Shown piece after piece: positions 43,405-47,426 of a DNA stretch of 47,426 nt (the stretch's first letter is position 1; the number at the start of each line of letters is the position of its first letter). The notes beneath the pieces are model-generated. The model did no database searches. It saw only the letters and a list, made by a program, of their open reading frames with translations, and had not been told where the DNA came from. This stretch comes from a bacterium. GTDB lineage: Bacteria; Patescibacteriota; Minisyncoccia; Moranbacterales; DUUL01. The translations under genes and the position numbers were made by a program. The stretch spans positions 1 through 47,426 of the forward strand of contig JABGXP010000010.1 in NCBI GenBank assembly GCA_018675685.1, in the 5' to 3' direction.

Positions 43405-44379
43405 ATGGATATACTTAATATTATCTTGATTGCACTAATTTTCGTTAGCTTAATTGTGATTATTGGGATTTTTGGAAGGAATTTAAAGAAGTTCAAACAA
43501 GCTGGTAAAAGTGCAGAATTAAGGAGGGAAATTAGAAAAAGAGATAAAAAGGAAAGAAAATTTTCTTTTTCTTTTCTTTTTTCCAAGCTTTCAGAATTCT
43601 TTGTTTGGTTTGCAGAGGCAATTGTCAGCAATGCAAAAAAAGCATTGCAAAACGCACATTCTGGCTTAATGGAAATAAAAGCCAAGAAAAAATCTAAAAA
43701 TGAACCTATTGTTGATGAGCTTCCTAGTACTGCGACTATAAAATCTAAAAAAAATATCTTTAAAAATAGGCCAGTTGCTTCGAAGGAAGTTTTTTCAAAA
43801 AGCACTGACAAGAAAAAAGCAAAAGACACTACCACTAAAAAATCCAAATTGGATAATCTGCACAAACTAACAGAGCAAAAAGTTGTTAAAAAAGATGCAG
43901 TTGGGAATGGCGAAAAAAATAAGAAAAAAGAGGTGTCGGCTGAAAAAGGCTTTTTCAGTAAAATCAATCCCTTTAAGAAAAAAGAAGTAATTCAAGAGAA
44001 AGGCTTTTTCTCCGAGGAGTCATTTAATGATTTTTCTGATGGAGTAACGAAAATTGATCCAAAGACCGCAAAGCAAAATCAATTTGATAGTTCCATGAAA
44101 AGTATCGTCAGACCCAAAAAAGTTTCCAGAGAAAACATAATTGAAGATGATGATGAGCTAGGTGTTGATAGAAAAATTTTAGAAAAGAAAATTCTACAGA
44201 AAATTGCTACTAACCCAAAAGATATCGAAGGATATCGACAGTTAGGAGAACTATATATCAAAATGGATAATTTTGATGATGCGCAAAGTGCTTATAGATT
44301 TATCTTAAAAGTTTCCGCAAGAGATGTCGATGCAAGTAGAAAGTTGGAAAAAATAAAACTTTTAAAACGTTTAAAATAG
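43405..44379 (+). CDS. hypothetical membrane-anchored Lys-rich protein with C-terminal TPR-like repeat
   Basis: 324 aa. N-terminal TM: ILNIILIALIFVSLIVIIGIF. The K-rich linker contains the repeat EKGFFS. C-terminal region: NPKDIEGYRQLGELYIKMDNFDDAQSAYRFILKV. Confidence 0.6.
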   Translation: MDILNIILIALIFVSLIVIIGIFGRNLKKFKQAGKSAELRREIRKRDKKERKFSFSFLFSKLSEFFVWFAEAIVSNAKKALQNAHSGLMEIKAKKKSKNEPIVDELPSTATIKSKKNIFKNRPVASKEVFSKSTDKKKAKDTTTKKSKLDNLHKLTEQKVVKKDAVGNGEKNKKKEVSAEKGFFSKINPFKKKEVIQEKGFFSEESFNDFSDGVTKIDPKTAKQNQFDSSMKSIVRPKKVSRENIIEDDDELGVDRKILEKKILQKIATNPKDIEGYRQLGELYIKMDNFDDAQSAYRFILKVSARDVDASRKLEKIKLLKRLK

Positions 44380-44442
44380 CGAATAAATCGTTTAAATGTC
44401 CACTATCAGGCATTGACTTTTTGTTTAATTTGAAATATAATT

Positions 44443-44515
44443 GCCGATGTAACTCAGTTGGTAGAGTAACTCCATGGTAAGGAGTAAGTCCGCGGTTCAA
44501 ATCCGCGCATCGGCT
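44443..44515 (+). tRNA. tRNA-Thr, anticodon GGT (no encoded CCA)
   Basis: GCCGATG TA ACTC AGTTGGTA GAGT A ACTCC ATGGTAA GGAGT AAGTC CGCGG TTCAAAT CCGCG CATCGGC T. Confidence 0.9.
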
Positions 44516-44544
44516 CACAAATTGAAGTTTTAGAGCAAATTCAT

Positions 44545-44627
44545 GGGTCGGTGGCAGAGTGGTCAAATGCACCTGACTGTAAATCAGGCGGCGAAAGCCT
44601 ACGGGAGTTCAAATCTCTCCCGGCCCA
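44545..44627 (+). tRNA. tRNA-Tyr, anticodon GTA (class II long variable arm; no encoded CCA)
   Basis: GGGTCGG..CCTGA CTGTAAA TCAGG, then variable arm CGGCGAAAGCCTAC, then GGGAG TTCAAAT CTCTC CCGGCCC A. Confidence 0.9.
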
Positions 44628-44640
44628 CAGAATATTAAAA

Positions 44641-44716
<76 letters not shown>

Positions 44717-44720
44717 AATA

Positions 44721-44746
44721 AAAAACACCCAAAAGGGTGTTTTTTA
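44721..44746. terminator. bidirectional terminator between the tRNA cluster and rnj
   Basis: AAAAAACACCC aaaa GGGTGTTTTTT. Confidence 0.8.
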
Positions 44747-44768
44747 AATCGATTTTTTTCAGCTAAAT

Positions 44769-46580
44769 CTAAACCTCGATAATAACAGGAAGAACCATCG
44801 GTCTCCGTTTTGTTTTCTGGAACAAGAACTGACCCAGATCATCACGGATACTATTTTTGATGTAATCCCAATTTGGTGAAGATTCCTTGGAAGTAGATTT
44901 TGCAATAATTGCTTTGACTCGCTTCTTTGTTGCGTTTACAAGGTCGAAGTTTTCTTTTACATAGATAAACCCTCTTGAAGTTACTTGAGGCTCACCAATC
45001 ACTTCCTTAGTCTTCTTTTCAATAATGGTTACAATCGTAAACATTCCATCTTCAGCAAGTAATTGTCGGTCACGTAAAACTACATTTCCAATATCACCAA
45101 CACCAAGACCATCAACCATCACATAAGAACTAGGAATTTTTTCTTGTGAAGATACTCGGTTTCCATTTTTATCAAATTCAAGCACAAGACCGTTTTCTCC
45201 TAAGACTATTTTGTCGTCAGTCATGCGCATCATTTTTCCAAGATCACCATGAGCTTTTCTCATGTAATAGGTTCCATGAGCAGGAATAAGATATTTAGGC
45301 CGTACAAGGTTGATCATCATTTTAAGATCTTCTTGCGCACCATGTCCACCAGAATGGATATCCATCATCTTGTAATGCATCACTTCAGCACCTTTTTTAT
45401 ACAGAGTATCCTTCATTCCTTGAACAGTTCTTTCATTACCAGGAATAACGGAAGAAGAGAACACAACGGTATCTCCTTTGTTAATTTTCACAAAACGATG
45501 TTCGTTATTGATAATTCTCATTAAAACAGCATTTCCCTCTCCCTGGGCTCCAGTACATAAGATTGCAACTTTGTTGTCTGGATAGTTTTTGACTTGCTTG
45601 ATGTCAATGAAGGTTGAACTTTTTGCATTAATATAACCAAGTTCTCTTGCAATTTCCACATTATTTCTCATAGAATATCCGTCTACTGCAAGTTTTCTGC
45701 CATATTGTTCGGCAACTTCTGCGATTTGTTGGATACGGCTCACTAATGATGAAAAAGTGGCAGTGATAACACGTCCTTTTGCTTTTTCAAAAATCTCCTC
45801 AATTCCTTTACGAATTTCAGATTCTGAGATACTGTACCCAGGTTTAGTGGAATCAGTACTGTCTGACAAAAGAGCCAGAACTCCTTCAGAGCCTAAGCGT
45901 GCAATCTTAGCAATATCAGCAGGAGCATCGTTTACAGGGGAGTGATCAAATTTAAAGTCTCCTGTGTGGATTGCTGTGCCATTTGGTGAGTGAATAGCAA
46001 GACCTATTGCATCTGGGATTGAGTGATTTACATGAAAAAACTCAACCTTAAGCTCTCCAAGCGTAAGGCGATCAATCTTCCGAACGGTTTTCACATTCAA
46101 AGGAGCACATTGTTTATAGTCTTCTTGTCTTTTAAGAATCATTGCTCTTGTCAGCTCCGTTGTATAGATCGGAGGATTTCCAATCTCAGGCATAATATGA
46201 GGGATTCCACCAATATGATCAAAATGTCCATGAGTGATAATTACTCCACGAATTTTTTTCTGATTCTTTTTTAGATATTCGATGTTAGGAATGATATAGT
46301 CGATTCCCATCATATCTTCCTCTGGGAACATCAATCCCATGTCTACAATGATGATATCATTGCCATATTCGAAAATGGTCATATTTCTACCAATCTCTTC
46401 GAATCCACCAACTGGAATTATTCTAAAATTCTTTTTGTAGGTGGATACGCTATTATTTTTCGGAGGATTTCCTCTAAGTGCAATTGAAGAAGGCACTTGC
46501 TTCGTCCTGTTTAAAGATTTCTTGTTAGTAACGCGAGGTTTGAACGGCGTTCTTTCCCCGGTTGTTTTTTTAGTGTTCAT
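44769..46580 (-). CDS. rnj: ribonuclease J (metallo-beta-lactamase / beta-CASP)
   Basis: 603 aa with a basic N-terminal extension. Motifs: ITHGHFDHIGG, HVNHSIPDA, beta-CASP region and HSGGHGAQEDL. Confidence 0.92.
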   Translation of the reverse strand: MNTKKTTGERTPFKPRVTNKKSLNRTKQVPSSIALRGNPPKNNSVSTYKKNFRIIPVGGFEEIGRNMTIFEYGNDIIIVDMGLMFPEEDMMGIDYIIPNIEYLKKNQKKIRGVIITHGHFDHIGGIPHIMPEIGNPPIYTTELTRAMILKRQEDYKQCAPLNVKTVRKIDRLTLGELKVEFFHVNHSIPDAIGLAIHSPNGTAIHTGDFKFDHSPVNDAPADIAKIARLGSEGVLALLSDSTDSTKPGYSISESEIRKGIEEIFEKAKGRVITATFSSLVSRIQQIAEVAEQYGRKLAVDGYSMRNNVEIARELGYINAKSSTFIDIKQVKNYPDNKVAILCTGAQGEGNAVLMRIINNEHRFVKINKGDTVVFSSSVIPGNERTVQGMKDTLYKKGAEVMHYKMMDIHSGGHGAQEDLKMMINLVRPKYLIPAHGTYYMRKAHGDLGKMMRMTDDKIVLGENGLVLEFDKNGNRVSSQEKIPSSYVMVDGLGVGDIGNVVLRDRQLLAEDGMFTIVTIIEKKTKEVIGEPQVTSRGFIYVKENFDLVNATKKRVKAIIAKSTSKESSPNWDYIKNSIRDDLGQFLFQKTKRRPMVLPVIIEV

Positions 46581-46925
46581 TTTATATTAATTATAAATAA
46601 AAGTGTGAATTGATAAATTAGACACATCAAGATAATTCACAATCGAAATGTATTTTTTGCAAAGTCAAAGACCGTACAAATTTTTTCTCATTTTGAGAAA
46701 TAAAACTTAGAGTAAAGTTTTTGTTTGAACATACAGAAGTAATGTTCAATTTTTTAGAAAGATTCACAAAATAATATTAATTTCGACAAAATAAATATCA
46801 AAAAGTTCTTCGCGTGACTTTTGCTCTCGTTTTAGCGTATTGTCACAAACTTTTGTTTTTTGTAAAGCTTTGAGAGACAAACTGCAATAAAAATCACAAT
46901 TTGCTACTCAAAACCTTTAAAAGTT

Positions 46926-47426
46926 TTATGCTAGCTTCTTTTTCAAGTCCTCCACCATATCCACTGGCGTTGGATCTTGCTTATATTCATAGGCTAGATA
47001 GTAGGAAATCCAGTCGCCTAAGATAAAAACATTGAGAATTTTTTCAAGATAAGATTCTCCAGTAATTTTAATAACCTCAGCCTCCAAGCCTTTTTCTTCG
47101 TATAGCTCTTTTGTAATTCCAATCCTTCTTCTAATTTGAGGATGGTCATCTTCGTCTTCGAACATTAAAACATAAAAATTTCCCTGTGGATTTGTGAACC
47201 CGACCATCTCATTGTGACTCAATTCAGGAAAGTAGTTCCAAAAAGCGGGAGTTTTAGCGTTTTCATTGATTTTAATCTTGAGCATCTTAGCCCCAATTTT
47301 AAAACGATTAGAAGCATAGATAATAGGAGTCTTGCCTTTTAATCTCTTGGCTATTTCCTCTCCAGAAATTTCAAGATCTCTACTAGATAGTTTTGGAAGA
47401 TCCTTAACTGTATCAGATAGTGATAG
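46926..47426 (-). CDS. bifunctional phosphoglucose/phosphomannose isomerase family protein, C-terminal part; 5' end outside window
   Basis: The minus-strand frame of ORF 46926..47285 stays open to the window edge (..GKTPIIYASNRFKIGAKMLKIKINENAKTPAFWNYFPELSHNEMVGF..). The C-terminus YYLAYEYKQDPTPVDMVEDLKKKL is typical of the bacterial PGI/PMI C-terminal domain. Confidence 0.65.
   Translation of the reverse strand, partial: LSLSDTVKDLPKLSSRDLEISGEEIAKRLKGKTPIIYASNRFKIGAKMLKIKINENAKTPAFWNYFPELSHNEMVGFTNPQGNFYVLMFEDEDDHPQIRRRIGITKELYEEKGLEAEVIKITGESYLEKILNVFILGDWISYYLAYEYKQDPTPVDMVEDLKKKLA

Noticed and set aside
43368-43967. 199-aa minus-strand ORF rich in Phe/Leu/Ser
   Set aside because: It is antisense to the Lys-rich linker of the 43405-44379 gene, the same codon-mirror artefact.
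44413-44441. Near-consensus TTGACT, 17 nt, TATAAT just upstream of tRNA-Thr(GGT)
   Set aside because: The -10 hexamer ends only 1 nt before the mature tRNA 5' end, so a normal start site would fall inside the tRNA. I do not annotate it as this tRNA's promoter, though it is a striking match.

Overview
AT-rich, gene-dense bacterial chromosome segment read with the standard code; all conserved genes are intact without UGA recoding. I support about 40 CDS, 7 tRNAs, one T-box leader, and a set of sigma70-like promoters and intrinsic terminators. The core is housekeeping: recG, uvrA, a short uvrC, a second uvrA paralogue, nfo, nrnA-like, rbfA, infB, xer recombinase, comM, lspA, ileS, pnp, rpsB, tsf, RicT/PSP1 and rnj. 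There are partial genes at both window ends (GT1 and PGI/PMI). Streamlined proteins (IF-2 595 aa, EF-Ts 192 aa, UvrC 417 aa), several Lys/Glu-rich membrane-anchored orphans, tRNAs mostly without encoded CCA, and several secreted cell-wall-active enzymes (CAP, 3D, LysM-CHAP, PgeF) suggest a Candidate Phyla Radiation/Patescibacteria-type genome. That taxonomic reading is inference only. I found no CRISPR array, transposase, IS element or recognisable defence gene. The stretches most worth a second look are listed below. (1) An orphan three-gene cassette at 25.84-28.73 kb. Its centre is a 656-aa protein built as zinc-ribbon module x2 plus HTH-like module x2, and an AT-rich inverted repeat abuts its promoter. 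(2) A ~740-bp convergent non-coding spacer at 34.9-35.65 kb. It holds several very stable hairpins, a promoter/terminator-bracketed 26-codon hydrophobic mini-ORF and small repeats, and I could not assign it to any known RNA family by eye. (3) A uvrA / small antisense gene / C-terminally truncated uvrC / divergent uvrA paralogue / nucleotidyltransferase-like cluster with no uvrB. (4) A two-gene orphan operon at 39.9-40.75 kb between pnp and rpsB. All functional ideas for these are hypotheses that need database and structure searches I cannot run here.
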